Assembly (NCBI RefSeq): GCF_006345805.1
Contig: NC_043000.1
Coordinates: 58,218,001 to 58,282,000, forward strand
Direction of reading: 5' to 3'
Length of the DNA stretch: 64,000 bases
Origin: Octopus sinensis
Taxonomy: Eukaryota
Shown: piece by piece, positions 51,362 to 63,799 of the stretch
Layout: every line of letters begins with the position of its first letter
Numbering within the stretch: position 1 is the stretch's first letter
Notes under the pieces: model-generated
What the model saw: the letters and a program-made list of their open reading frames with translations, nothing else
What the model was told of the DNA's origin: nothing
Database searches by the model: none
Made by a program: the position numbers and the translations under genes

Positions 51362-51737
51362 CAGGAGGTATGAGAGGTGAATATGTTTATTTAACCACTT
51401 GTTATCTTTAGGATTACAGCCAATTTCACAGCCTTATCATGTTATGATAATTTCAGTATATAAGAAATTATTTTACATGTTTGCACCAATATGCATGTTA
51501 TGAATTATACAATACACTTGTATATTTACAAATCAATGCAAATAAAGAAAGCTATTTATCTGCATTGATTTGTAAATGTACAATTGAATAAGACAATGCA
51601 TAGCATGCAAATTGGCATGGACATGCAAAATATTTTACTATTCACTGAAATTATTATTACATGATGAAGGCTGCAAAACAGCCATAATCCTAAGGATAAC
51701 AAGGATAATAAATATATGCACCCCCTATACCTCTTGA
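51362..51737. repeat. Fold-back palindrome (about 180-bp imperfect arms)
   Basis: ggattacagcc/gccataatcc and tttacaaatcaatgca/tgcattgatttgtaaa mirror pairs. Confidence 0.85.
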
Positions 51738-51976
51738 CTTTATATGGTTTATATACAACTCATCACATGAAATGATTTCATCAATTGGATCTCCTGGATT
51801 TGGGTTGCATAGAACTCTGCATTATACTCCTCCATATAGGATGACTATATGGTATGATAGCCAGGTCCACTAGAGGAGCTTTCTGTGATGATGACCTCAA
51901 GATTCTATGAATCCATATATTGCACTACTAATTTGTGTATGTGTGTGTGCATGTGTGCATGTACACACATGCGCAT

Positions 51977-52011
<35 letters not shown>

Positions 52012-52015
<4 letters not shown>

Positions 52016-52335
52016 GTAAAGACCCCTTTTGGTCATGAATGACCATGGGATTGCTCCTAGAAAGTTATCCTCTGAGGCACAAGTCCGGGCAAGGTTGTTC
52101 ACGGAAGACCAGCAGTCACCCATACATACCAGCCTCCCCTCTCCATGTTACTGATGTTATCCAACGGAAAGGCAAAGACCACTACAGCTTGGCACTAGTG
52201 ATATTGTAACTCTTTTCTACAACTGAGTGAACAAGAGCAATGTGAAATAATGTGTCTTGTTCAAGAATAAGCACATAGCCTAGTCCAGGAATCAAACTCA
52301 CTACTTCATGATTGTGAATCTGACACTAACCACTG
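52012..52335 (-). mobile_element. SINE family C
   Basis: Matches 2866-3192. Confidence 0.85.
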
Positions 52336-52576
52336 AATGTGTGTGTATATATGAATTCAGGGTTTGTTTAGGTTTAAAATATACATAGTTGAGGAATACA
52401 TCGTAAATTCTCAACAGTATGTCATAGATATTGAACAGATGATGGGCTTTGATTATTCAAAACCCTCATCAGAGTTTATTTAACTATATCAGCTCAAGGT
52501 CATTTAAAAAAAATGAACATATCTCTAGTTATACATACACACATACATACATACATACATACATACATACATACAT

Positions 52577-52629
<53 letters not shown>

Positions 52630-53029
52630 TACATACATACATACAAGTGAGAGAGAGTGTGTGTGTGTTCTGTAGATATATCAATATCATGGTGCCAGAG
52701 CAAAACAGAGCTGATAGTGGCCTAGAAATGTTTGAAAACTGTTGAATACATGCACTACATGACCAAGAAGTTTGAGTATATTGCCTATATTTCCTTTCAC
52801 AGCAAGACTAGTTTGAATCGGTAGTAAAGCATGTTTTAAACACATAAATGTACTTTCCATATATTGAATCATTTATAATTTTTTACATGTTATGTTGATG
52901 CATTAAACACACACACACACACACACACACACACCACACACACACACACACTCACATTTAAGTGATTGTTTGAGTGACTGTAACTACTGAGTGGCCACAA
53001 GGTCATGCACCATGGGTGATATCAAGTAT

Positions 53030-53490
53030 GCTTTATTAGCAATGAAGTAGGTAATCCATTACAAATGTTCGAAGTGTTGGCCATGTAGCTCTAACCAAGT
53101 GTTCATACAGAATTTTTAAATTGCAATGAACCCAAGCCAGCTCTGGAAAATGTTCATTCAGAAAGTCACGAACTTGTAATGCATAACGGGCCGGAGCTCC
53201 ATCTTGCTGAAACCAGACAGGATATCCCCTTCCATGTGAATGCTCATGAGGCATCATCTTGTTGCCAAGCATGTCCAGATACGAATCACCTGTCACAGCA
53301 TCCTCAAAATAAAATGGTCCAGTTATTTGATTGTGCCAAATTCCACACCACACCATTACCTTGCCCCCACCTTGTTGATTATCTGCCTCCATCCAGTGAG
53401 GATTCGTTTGTGAGTAATATTGGCAGTTGTGAAAAGTTAGCAATTTCACATGTTGCAGGATGGTGCGTGACTTTATGGCCACCCTGTATA
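53030..53490 (-). mobile_element. Tc1/mariner (maT/rosa-like) transposase fragment with TIR
   Basis: KVMVWCGIWHNQITGPFYFEDAVTGDSYLDML...WFQQDGAPARYALQVRDFLNEHFP; TIR ggccaccctg-TA. Confidence 0.85.
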
Positions 53491-53829
53491 TATGTCTGTC
53501 ACATTATATCTACATGTGAATATAATTACAATTATGTATTTCTTAGTATGTTTAATTATCCAGCTGTTACCTACTTATGAATATTATGACTTGGTTTCAA
53601 ATCTTGGATTGGGCTGATATAGGGAAAAAATTCATCGAGCTTAATCCCTTGGTAATGAAGTGTACTGGTTTATACATTAAGAAGACACTTTTGTGAATTG
53701 CAAAAAAAAAAAAAAAAAAATTTATTGTATTATTAAATATGAGGAAATGACAAAGGAATGAGACATCTGGTGCCTTACCAGAAGACCCATTCTCCACTGC
53801 AAAAGTGCTAATGCTTTCCCCCTAATGAA

Positions 53830-54590
53830 GAAGATTGGCCTGCAGGAGTGCTGGTACTGTGCTGGTGTCACGTAAAAAGAACTTATGCTGTTACCACATA
53901 AAAGTGCTTGTGCTGGTGCCATGTTAAAAGTACCCAACACATACTGTAAAGTGGTTGGTGTTAGGAAGGGCATCCAGTCATAGAAACCAAGCCAAATCAG
54001 ACTGGAACCTGGTATAGTTCTCCTGCTTGCCAGCTCTGGTCAAATCGCACAACCCATGCCAACATGGAAAATGGACAGTAAAGGATGATGATGTACATTG
54101 TGGAGAGGGAAACCCAAGAAGACATGAACACTGTGGTGAAGGCTGACGTCAGGAACCTGAGCCTCATGGAGATGATAAAGGGCCGGGATGACTGGCAATA
54201 CACAGTTCATGAGAAGACTTGCTCAACTCAGCAAAATTGAGTTCTGAGTTCTAGAAACACCATGTGTGTGTGTGTAGTGCATACACACACACATATATAT
54301 ATGTGTATATATGTATAGATATATATTTATAGATATATACATGCCGGTGGCATGTGTAAAAGATTTGAGTGAGGTCGTTGCCAGTACTGCCTGACTGGCC
54401 CCGTGCTGGTGGCACGTAAAAGCACCCACTACACTCTCGGAATGGTTGGCGTTAGGAAGGGCATCCAGCTGTAGAAACTCTGCCAGATCAAGATTGAAGC
54501 CTGGTGCAGCCATATGGTTTGCCAGCCCTCAGTCAAATCATCCAACCCATGCTAGCATGGAAAGCAAACATTAAACGATGATGATGATGA
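53830..54590 (+). mobile_element. Two family B SINEs flanking an RTE 3' fragment (54085-54240)
   Basis: SINE bodies at 53830-54085 and 54343-54590; RTE tail reads RGKPKKT*TTVVKADVRNLSLMEMIKGRDDWQ-like. Confidence 0.75.
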
Positions 54591-54599
54591 TATATATAT

Positions 54600-55400
54600 A
54601 ATTGAAAAAATTTGGAGTCAACAAGAAGGAGTATGGTTCAACATTTATTTTTTAAAAACTACAATTGTTTCCATGCAACGTAATTCTCCTGGCATTCGAG
54701 TACTTGATTATGCAGCTGTTTCTCTGCATTATGAGATCTACTGTTTCCTCAGGCAATATGTAATATATATACATGCATATATGGGTACAGGATATCACCA
54801 ATGGTGTAAATACTATGAAATATCTAAACAAATGAGTTAAATACATAAACAACAAAAAAAAAATGGAAAACAGAACAAGTAAACACAGAGAAAGGCTACT
54901 TTATTAGTTGTTGGCTGTCTATCTACTCCTCATTTCAAGCATTCAACGACAATATGAGTCTTCAAAGACAGATGCTCCCATAAATTCTAAAATAAAATTT
55001 GGGAACAAAATCATGATATTAAAGACATACAAGGAAACCAAATTAAAACAAACGTGGAGGATCAGTAGACAAGAATGAGGGGAACATAGTGAGTGCTGGG
55101 ACAAACATTTTTTTTTAAAGAGGAAAAAATAAAAAAGAGATGAAAAAACACATCCATTCTTTCGAACATCCGTGCAGGAAAAGAAAGATGGTCAGATGAG
55201 GAAAAGAAAGATGGACGATGGTCACATGTGAGCAACGAGTGAGAGAGAGAAAGAGAAAGAGGGGAGAGAGAGACACACAAATAGAAAGCAGTGAAAGGGG
55301 GGAGAAAAAGAGAATTAGAGAAGGCTGGAGGAAGGAAAGAGTATAGAGTAGAAAGTCGCCTCAAAAAAGTTCAGATAAACTTATTTGGGAATGAATGCAT
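54600..55400 (-). mobile_element. Probable PLE 3' end/terminal repeat with degenerate HHR motifs
   Basis: Minus strand: possible GIY-YIG end, a pyrimidine-rich tract, then CUGAGGA...GAAACAGCUGCA (54707-54758) and GAAACAAUUGUA, ending in (TA)n. Confidence 0.45.
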
Positions 55401-56899
55401 CGCATTCAATTAAATAATAAATAATAAATAAATATATATATATATATGCATATATGGGAAAAAATAAGTTCAAGAAAGAACAATTCAAACTTTTTGAGAG
55501 GTCCAAAAAGAGAGTAAGAATGATTTCTAATAAAGATTCATCATATTCATAAACAACAGCCAGAGCAAGTAAATAAGAATATGAAAATAACAGTTGAAAA
55601 ATATCGTCATAGGTATAAATATACCATAAACAATTATAGAAAAATGGAGGAGAAAAAGATGTTGCTTCAAAATTAAATTTAATACAAAATAGGATTCAAT
55701 ACATACACTCGTTTCAAAGGACAATACAAATATGAAAGAAAAAAATTATAATCATAGTAATTATAATTATAATTAAAGTTATGCATTCTCATGTGTGAAG
55801 AATTTTTGGAAGGACATCAAAAAAGGTTTAATAAAATAAAGTAAAGTAAAATAAGATACAATAAGGAAGAATATAAAAGGGGTAATAGGGAAAAATCAGA
55901 TATTTACAAACAAGTTGTAAAAGGGAATAAATAACCGTAATAATAATAGTGAGAGTGACAAAAGAGAAAATAAGACAGACATATCAATGTGTATGCATGT
56001 TAGACATGTCAATGTGTACTCAGTAAACTATAACATAAAAATAAGAATAAAAATCTAACAAGTATGTTTAAAAAAATGGTAACAGGTCAAGATGAAGTAT
56101 AATGTAAACAGGTCCACGTGTGTATAGTAGAATATAATGTAACAGAAAAAAAACACAGAGAGTTATACATATACATATTAATATTGAAAAACGAATATAT
56201 ATATATATATTACATGAGGCTAAAAGTGATAGGCAAGACTATGTTTGAAGAAGTTACAATATTTAATTAAAAATGTACATACAAACAGACAAAAAAACAA
56301 AGAGAACTTAACAAGGAAAAAACATTGATCACAGACAAGACCAGTGTATTCGAGAGAGTTACCTTACACAAAAACTAGCCCGGGGTAGGGGAGACAATCA
56401 GAAAAAGTAGGAATAAAAACAAATATATGAAGGAGAAAATTATTATAAATTTACAAGTGATAGAAAAAATGTATACACTTAACACATAAGGATATACAGT
56501 CATACACATATACATACATACACACACACACAAAAAAACGTGCATACACTCAGAAGTACATATTCCCATAAGACATATATAAGTATATATACATATTCAC
56601 ACATACATATACACACACATAAACATATACACACATATACATATACACACACATATATACATACATATATACATATAAATACATACATACAAAGACACAC
56701 ACATATATGTTTACACACACATACATACAAAATCATGTGCCAGCCCCCTCACCCCAAATAGCTTCTGTGCTGGTGGCATGTAAAAAGCACCATCCGAATG
56801 TGGCCAATGCCAACACCATCTCAAATGGCTTCTTTGCCAGTGGCACGTAAAATGCACCATCCGACTGTGGTCGATGCCTGACCTAGCTCTTACAGGACT

Positions 56900-57500
56900 A
56901 TGAGAGGGTGTTGAGGCAGATACTCAACAACTCAAATGTGGACGTAATATACCTTGACTTTGCAAAAGCTTTTGATAAAGTGTATCATGGTATGATATGC
57001 CACAAACTACATAATCTTGGCATTGCTGGAAAACTTGGAGAGTGGTTACACAACAGTTCTATATTTAAGTGATGAGGAATTATGTACATTATTTGCATTA
57101 TTTACATTTGGTTACTTGACTTTCTGAAAGATAGATGCCAGGCAGGAGTGGCCAATGGAACCACCCCAAAGAAAACAAAAGTAGTGAGCAGTGTTCCACA
57201 GGGCACTGTCTTGGGACCACTGCTTTTCATAGTGGCCCTTTCAGATATGCCTTCAGCTGTCTGAATAGCCATCCTTGCTGGCTATACAGACGATATGAAA
57301 GTCTCACAGAAAATACAGAAGCCCTGTGATGATGTACACCTGTAGCAGGAGTTGGACTCAATTTACAGATGGGTAGAGGACAATAATATGCAGTTTAATG
57401 CTGAAAAATTCCAAGCCCTTTGCTACCAGCATCCAAAACTGAATATAAAACTTACAGGGTACACTGGTCCACAGCATCATATTAAAGGATTATGCAACAA
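56900..57500 (+). mobile_element. CR1/L2-group RT fragment
   Basis: VDVIYLDFAKAFDKVYHG...VPQGTVLGPLLFIV..SDMP...YTDD...WVEDNNMQFNAEK; small insertion near 57055-57110. Confidence 0.9.
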
Positions 57501-57919
57501 AATGACTTTTGTCATAGAAAGAGTTTTAGAATAACTGGATTTTATATTGCTACTGTTGAATAAGTTATAAAGTTGTATGAAGTGTTTGTTGATCAATAAG
57601 AATTATCTTTCTCTGTAGATTATAATGTTATAATTTTGTTATAATTGTTGAATAGTGGATTGAATCAGACTGTATTCTGTTGTTGCAGTGTTTTATTGTA
57701 TTTGCAGTGGATGGGTTACATTCCATAGTATTTTTATCCTTGAGACTAGTGAGTGCTTGATTGTATTTGTCTCTGACCATGTAAAATCTTGCTTCATCAA
57801 CAGAGAGATTACTTATGTTTACTGATTGCTAATGATTTAAGCTTAATAACATTTGGTGGTTGGTTAGAATCTGGCTACATGTATGTATGTATGTATGTAT
57901 GTATGTATGTATATGTATG

Positions 57920-57968
<49 letters not shown>

Positions 57969-57976
57969 TAAATATA

Positions 57977-58415
57977 AAGATATTCTATTGACAATCCAGT
58001 AATTTATTTATATTACAATATTACATTTAATACTATGAATATAATATATAACATAACATAATATTATATAACATAAATGATTATAAAAATCATAAAAGGC
58101 CAACAAATTGTTTCGACATATATATTTTTCCTGATCTACATAATCACAGTTCCATTATATATATAATCACTTCAGGGTCTTTGGTTTAGAAAAAGATGAA
58201 ATTCTGTGTGAAAGGACGGCTGATGTGACTATATATGTAATGAAACTGTAATTATGTAGATCAGAAAAATATATGTATGTCAAAACATTTTGTTGGCCTT
58301 TTATGGTTTTTATAATTATGTTATATAATATTATGTTATGCTATATATTATATTCATAGTATTGAATGTAATATTGTAATATAAATAAATTATTGGATTG
58401 TCAATAGAATATTTC
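57977..58415. repeat. Fold-back palindrome (about 195-bp arms, about 45-bp spacer)
   Basis: gatattctattgacaatcc / ggattgtcaatagaatat; aaaaggccaacaaa / tttgttggcctttt. Confidence 0.9.
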
Positions 58416-58576
58416 TAATTTATCTTTTTAATTGAATTATACCAATATTTATATGGTATCCAACTGAAGTACTAGTGATTTGGATGCTTAAGAAACCCCT
58501 TTGAAGGATTTCTTTTCCTCAGTTTGTTACTTTATATATATATATATAACACACAAACACACACACGTGCACACAG

Positions 58577-58990
58577 ATCATCATCATCATCATTGTTTAA
58601 CATCTGTTTTCCATGCTGGCATGTGTTGGATGGTTTGACTGAAGTTTGGAAAGCCAGTGGCTGCACCAGGCTCCAATCTGATCTGGCAATGTTTCTACAG
58701 CTGGATGCCCTTCCTTATGCCAACCATTCTGAGAGTGTAGTGGTTGCTTTTTATGTTCCACTGGCACAGGAGCCAGTCAGGCAGGCCTGGCATCAATCAC
58801 GTTCAGATAGTTCTTTTTACATGCCACCAGCATGGGAGCCAGCCAGGGGGCACTGGCATCAGCCACATCTGGATGGTGCTTTTTACGTGCATGGGAGCCA
58901 GACAGAGGACACTGGCCACAGCTACAATTTTGGTTTTACATGACTCAACAGGTCTTCTCATGCATACTTTTAAATGGGCTGGACATGCAA
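58577..58990 (-). mobile_element. SINE family B
   Basis: (CAT)n tail; ggatgcccttcc; internal tandem ttttacgtgcc units. Confidence 0.85.
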
Positions 58991-59514
58991 CACTGGCATT
59001 GGTCATGGCTGCAATATTGGTAGTTAAGTTTATATAGGATTCTTTGCAACCTGATGTTAATTATTTCAATCAGGAAGTTAGTAGATACCAACTTGGTTTC
59101 TATTGTTATCTTCAGATTAACCATTTTGATGTTTTAACCTCAGTATATTATTTATAACTTCTAAAAGGCATTGTGTCATCATTCCTGTACACATATATTC
59201 CTGTCTATCTGTCTTAGTTTATTTAGCAGCAACAGGTCTACAATTTTGCATGCTTCTGTAAAATTATAGCTATCCATGGAAATGTTGAATATACTCTCAA
59301 TTCATTGTTGTTCTGTAAAAATGGACGTCTAGACTGTACTATAGTCTTGAACTTGTCTGATATTGTTTGTGTGCTTAGATGTGATCTGTATAGATTTATA
59401 GAAGAGGGTTTTGGTGATAGATGGATAATAAATCTTTGGTGATGGATGAATGTTAAAAAATTAGCTGATTACAAATCAAATAATTGCATTAGTTTTTACA
59501 CTTGGTCTGTTTAA

Positions 59515-59735
59515 CCCTTTCGTTACTGTATTTATTTTGAGATGCTCTGTGTTTCTTTCAATTATTTTAAGTATAACAAAGAATTTAGTAAAATAACTCA
59601 GTTATCATTCAGCTAGTGTTAGGAACATAAATTGTGACTAAGGTTTGGTGGTATATTTTAATGCGAAACTTATGAAAACAAGACATTTGTACTACAGAGC
59701 CAGAGCTGGTTTTGGCTGGGTTGGTAACGAAAGGG
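59515..59735. mobile_element. piggyBac MITE with the same TIR as the 39234 element
   Basis: TTAA-ccctttcgttac ... gtaacgaaaggg-TTAA, 221 bp. Confidence 0.92.
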
Positions 59736-59994
59736 TTAAACAAATTTATCAATAATGTTTTTCTATGTATTTAGCATTGTGGAGGACATTATTTCTTGAG
59801 AATTGAGACTAGCATTTTCATACTCACAATGAATTGAGAGTATATTCAACATATACCATCCGAATGTGGCTGATGCCAGTGCCCCCTGACTAGCTCCCGT
59901 GCCAGTGGCATGTAAAAAGAACTATCTGAACATGATCAATGCCAGGCCTGCCTGACTGGCTCCTGTGCTGGTGGAACGAAAAAAGCAGCCACTA

Positions 59995-60094
59995 CACTCC
60001 TTGCATCTTTGATGTTTGACCCTTACTCAATGGACCAGATGGAAAATAACAAATGTCATGAGGCAAGGATCAAACATCAAAGATGCAAAGAGTG
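59995..60094. other. About 35-bp near-perfect hairpin (pre-miRNA-like or tiny MITE)
   Basis: cactccttgcatctttgatgtttgacccttactca / tgaggcaaggatcaaacatcaaagatgcaaagagtg; loop about 29 nt. Confidence 0.6.
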
Positions 60095-61184
60095 ACTCAT
60101 ACTTCCTCATCCCTTGCCAACCTGCCCCTGCAATGAATGCCCCCAACACTTCTATATTGCCCTTGGCCTGAAGAGCCACCTCAGACACTGTTACCCTTCA
60201 CACCCATCAGTGGGAAGAGGTTCAATCACACACTACAGATTAACTACTTAGATATGAGTTAATACCAATGATAATGTCATTACTTAGGTTATAGTTAGAT
60301 TTTTTAACCCTTTGCAGATGGAGTCTCATTTGGAATTTCAGTGCCAAGAAGATGGAACCTTTTTCACAAGCCCTATATGCACTTATTTTTCAAAAAAATA
60401 AAATATAAAGTAATTACTTTACATATATAAAACTATATTTATTCTTGTAGGAAATTGAACGAACTAATACAATCTTCTTTGTCAATTGATTTTTCAACTG
60501 ATTGATCAGCCCTGTCATCTTTTCAGGATTAAGTAAGATTTTGTATATAATAAGGTATTGCATGTTCTTACCTTATATGAACTGCTTATTGTTTCTGCAA
60601 ATATGAACATGTTGTTGGGTGAGTTTTCTATACTCATTTATGTATGATTCTAAGGAAAATCAGTGGTGATCTAATTACCTGGAAATACGTGAAGTTGATG
60701 TACGGGATGCAGTTTGACTTATAAAGAAAGAAAACTACAACCACATCAATGTAACTAAACTATGCCAAGTTAAAGGGAGTAAATTCAGCTTTGTTGGTAG
60801 AAATCAAATGGTGTACATTCTCTTTTAACTGGAAGCAAAATAAATTCACTGAATGTGAAGTGTTACTCTATTACTGGTAAGTCCCTATCTGAAGATTTGA
60901 ACCATGAACAGCATATGAACTAAATACATACCAGTTATCCTGTACTTCTGCTGCTTACAACCTTGAACTGTACTGTATAAACTATGTTGCATATTTACTG
61001 TAAGGTAACCTTATTTTGCCAGTGATACAGAACCACATAACAAAGTAACAGTATGTAAAGTATGAATCCAAGCATGGGTTAAACATAGTGTCACTTAGCT
61101 GAGCTTAAACAATATCCCTTGTAATTCCACAATACCTTTTATTCATGTAATAATTTCTTCCTTTTTTCCTTCTTTATTCTTCAG

Positions 61185-61256
61185 AGATCTTCGATCAAAC
61201 AAAATAAAAAATATTGCTGTTGGTACATTTTCAAATCTGCAGTATCTGGAAACACT
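61185..61256 (+). CDS. PXDN: Coding exon 2 (72-nt single-LRR exon) of the peroxidasin-like gene
   Basis: Polypyrimidine tract + TTCAG acceptor at 61184; exactly 72 nt; donor CT|GTAAGT at 61257. Joined to exon 1 in phase 2 it reads (L)DLRSNKIKNIAVGTFSNLQYLET(L), a canonical LxLxxNxIxxIxxxxFxxLxxLxxL repeat. Too short for the ORF track. Confidence 0.9.
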
Positions 61257-61599
61257 GTAAGTATATTTTGAACCTTCTTTTTCCTATCTTAAAACCTTTG
61301 TTTTTTTGTCTCATCTTTCTTCCTTCTGTTTTGTTGTTGTTTTGCTATTGTTGTTGTAATGTTATGAGCTGAAATAGTGAGAGTGGTGCGGAATGGATGT
61401 GATGAGTTGTATGTTGGGGCCATCAAGTATTGTGAGTGCGCCAGGTGTGGAAGTGATAAGGAAAGATAGCGATCTCCATGTGGAGTGGAATGTTTTCCCT
61501 GCTTCCTTCTTGTGGTGCAACCAGTTGATTCTTTCTCTTGAAGTTTATGTAAAAATTGTTTTTCCCTCAGTTCATTCAATACTTGCTACAATCTGTTTT

Positions 61600-62300
61600 G
61601 GCTCAGAAGCAAGTGAATATGTCAGGCAAGGTGAACATCACTAGCAATGTGATAAAACCATTTAGTGGTGAGGAAGATGTGGTTGATTGGGTGAAGAAGG
61701 TTAGGTTGACCACAAATCTGCAGGAGATTAACGACCAGGCAAGTTTTATGTCATTATATCTATAGTTGGCATTGTACCTAGAAATGAATGAAGAAGCCCA
61801 ACTAGATCCAGGAAGAATAGAAACCAGATTAAAAGAAGCATTTATGGAGGAAGCATTTATGGTTTATAGTAGGTTGGAAAGAACAAGATGGAATGGGGAA
61901 TGACTGGATATGTTTATCAACAATGTCAGAGGGTTGCAGAGACTGGCTGAATACACTGGAGAATGACTAAAGAGAACAACCAGACTGGTTTCCCTGATCA
62001 CAAGTCAATAGAGTTACAGCAGTTATTAGACATCAAGATCATGGTTTTGACAAACTGTCCACAAAGCTTTGTAGCAGTGGCTGTAGTGGGGAAAGGTCCA
62101 ATAAGATGGTAAGCTGAGAGCTCCATGAGGTTGAGAGGGGAAAAAGAATGAATACGTCCTTTGAAGAGGTAGTGCTTCAGATGTCATGAGACCCATATGA
62201 TCAAGGACTGCAAGAAGCCCAAATCAGAATTGATCTGTTACCAATGTGATAATTGTATATGACTGCCACCATCACACAAGTAATTTCGTACATTTCTGGC
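61600..62300 (+). mobile_element. Decayed Gypsy-like gag with zinc knuckle (intron 2)
   Basis: IKPFSGEEDVVDWVKKVRL...LYL...LYLEM...IETRLKEAF; CFRCHETHMIKDCKKPKSELICYQC. Confidence 0.7.
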
Positions 62301-62714
62301 TATGAGGAAGTATTGCCTTGCTTGGAAACAAATGAAGGATGGCAACATAAAAAAGATCTACCTTAATAAACTTAGTCCAATCAATGCAGCATGGAAAAGT
62401 TGACATTAAAACATTGCCAGCAGCAGCAAGAGTCTGGATTTTTTTGTTTTTTACTATTCATTCTGGAGCGAGGGTCAGTGCTTATGACTCTTCATAGGAT
62501 CACTGTCACTAGTGAGAGAGAGGGAATGAGGAATGAATCTTCATACTAGAGCCCTAATTGTAACAGATCGCACACTGCTAAAGGAACTCATGAGTCAGGT
62601 GGTAGAATCAAACTAAGCAACATATTACATCTACCAACCTAATTAAGTTGCTGTACGATTTGAACTCAGAATGCAAAATACTGGAACAAATAGCACATGA
62701 CACCTCATCAAATA

Positions 62715-62885
62715 CTGTAATGATTTCACCAGTCCATCACCCTAACACATCTTATTTTTTGCAACCTCAGAAAGGTGAAAACTAAAGCTGATCATGGCAG
62801 GATTTGAACTCTGAATGCAAGAAACTGAGATAACTAATGCAAAGCATTTATTCTGATACTCTAACAACTGTGCCAACTTGCTGTT
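62715..62885 (-). mobile_element. SINE family E fragments
   Basis: ggatttgaactctgaatg...ctaacaactgtgccaac. Confidence 0.6.
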
Positions 62886-63129
62886 TTGGGGCTTTGTTAG
62901 ATAGATTAGGTTAATGTGGTCAAGGTTCCTCCTGAATAACAGCTGCATATTGATGTTGCAAGATAAAGACTGGTAAATACTTGTTAACGAGCCTCTGTAA
63001 GAAGTTAAAGACTTACTTATAGCAAATTTTCATAAAGTTATTAAGAACTTCAGCACTTAAAAATTCTTTGAAAGGTTATAAACACATAATATCTCCTGAA
63101 TGGAATTTTAGTTTGAAATCAAAACAAAA

Positions 63130-63275
63130 TGTAAACTAATACATACATGCATATGTGATATACACATATGTGTAGCTATTGCATGTGCATGAAGTTTGCT
63201 GTATGTATGAGCGTATGTTTGTGTGTGTAGGTATGTAGGTATGTATGTATGTATGTATGTGTGTTGTGTGTGTGT

Positions 63276-63309
<34 letters not shown>

Positions 63310-63517
63310 CTTGTGTTTGTTTCTGTGATGTGTTGTGTGTGTAGATACGTATGAGAACTTATGTACTGACATACTCATGCTTGCGTGTATGTATGTATGT
63401 ATGTATGTATGTACACATGCATGCATATGTGTGTGTGTATGCATGTGTGTGTGTATATATATATGTATATATAAATATATATATATATACATATATATAT
63501 ACATATATATAATATAC

Positions 63518-63578
<61 letters not shown>

Positions 63579-63751
63579 ATATATATATATATACTATACA
63601 TATATATATATACATAATATATATAATACATATATATATATATATATACATATATAATATATATATATCATATATATATATACATATACATATATATTAT
63701 ACATATATATATATATATACATATATATATACATATATATATATACATATA

Positions 63752-63799
<48 letters not shown>

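Larger units (their letters stand above)
11101..61184 (+). other. Intron 1 of the peroxidasin-like gene (50,084 bp, GT-AG)
   Basis: GTAAGT at 11101 and TTCAG ending 61184; exon phases match and the LRR register is continuous across the junction. Confidence 0.8.

Noticed and set aside
52435-52478. CTGATGA followed by a 9-bp stem (minus)
   Set aside because: No GAAA after the stem; it is simply a short hairpin.
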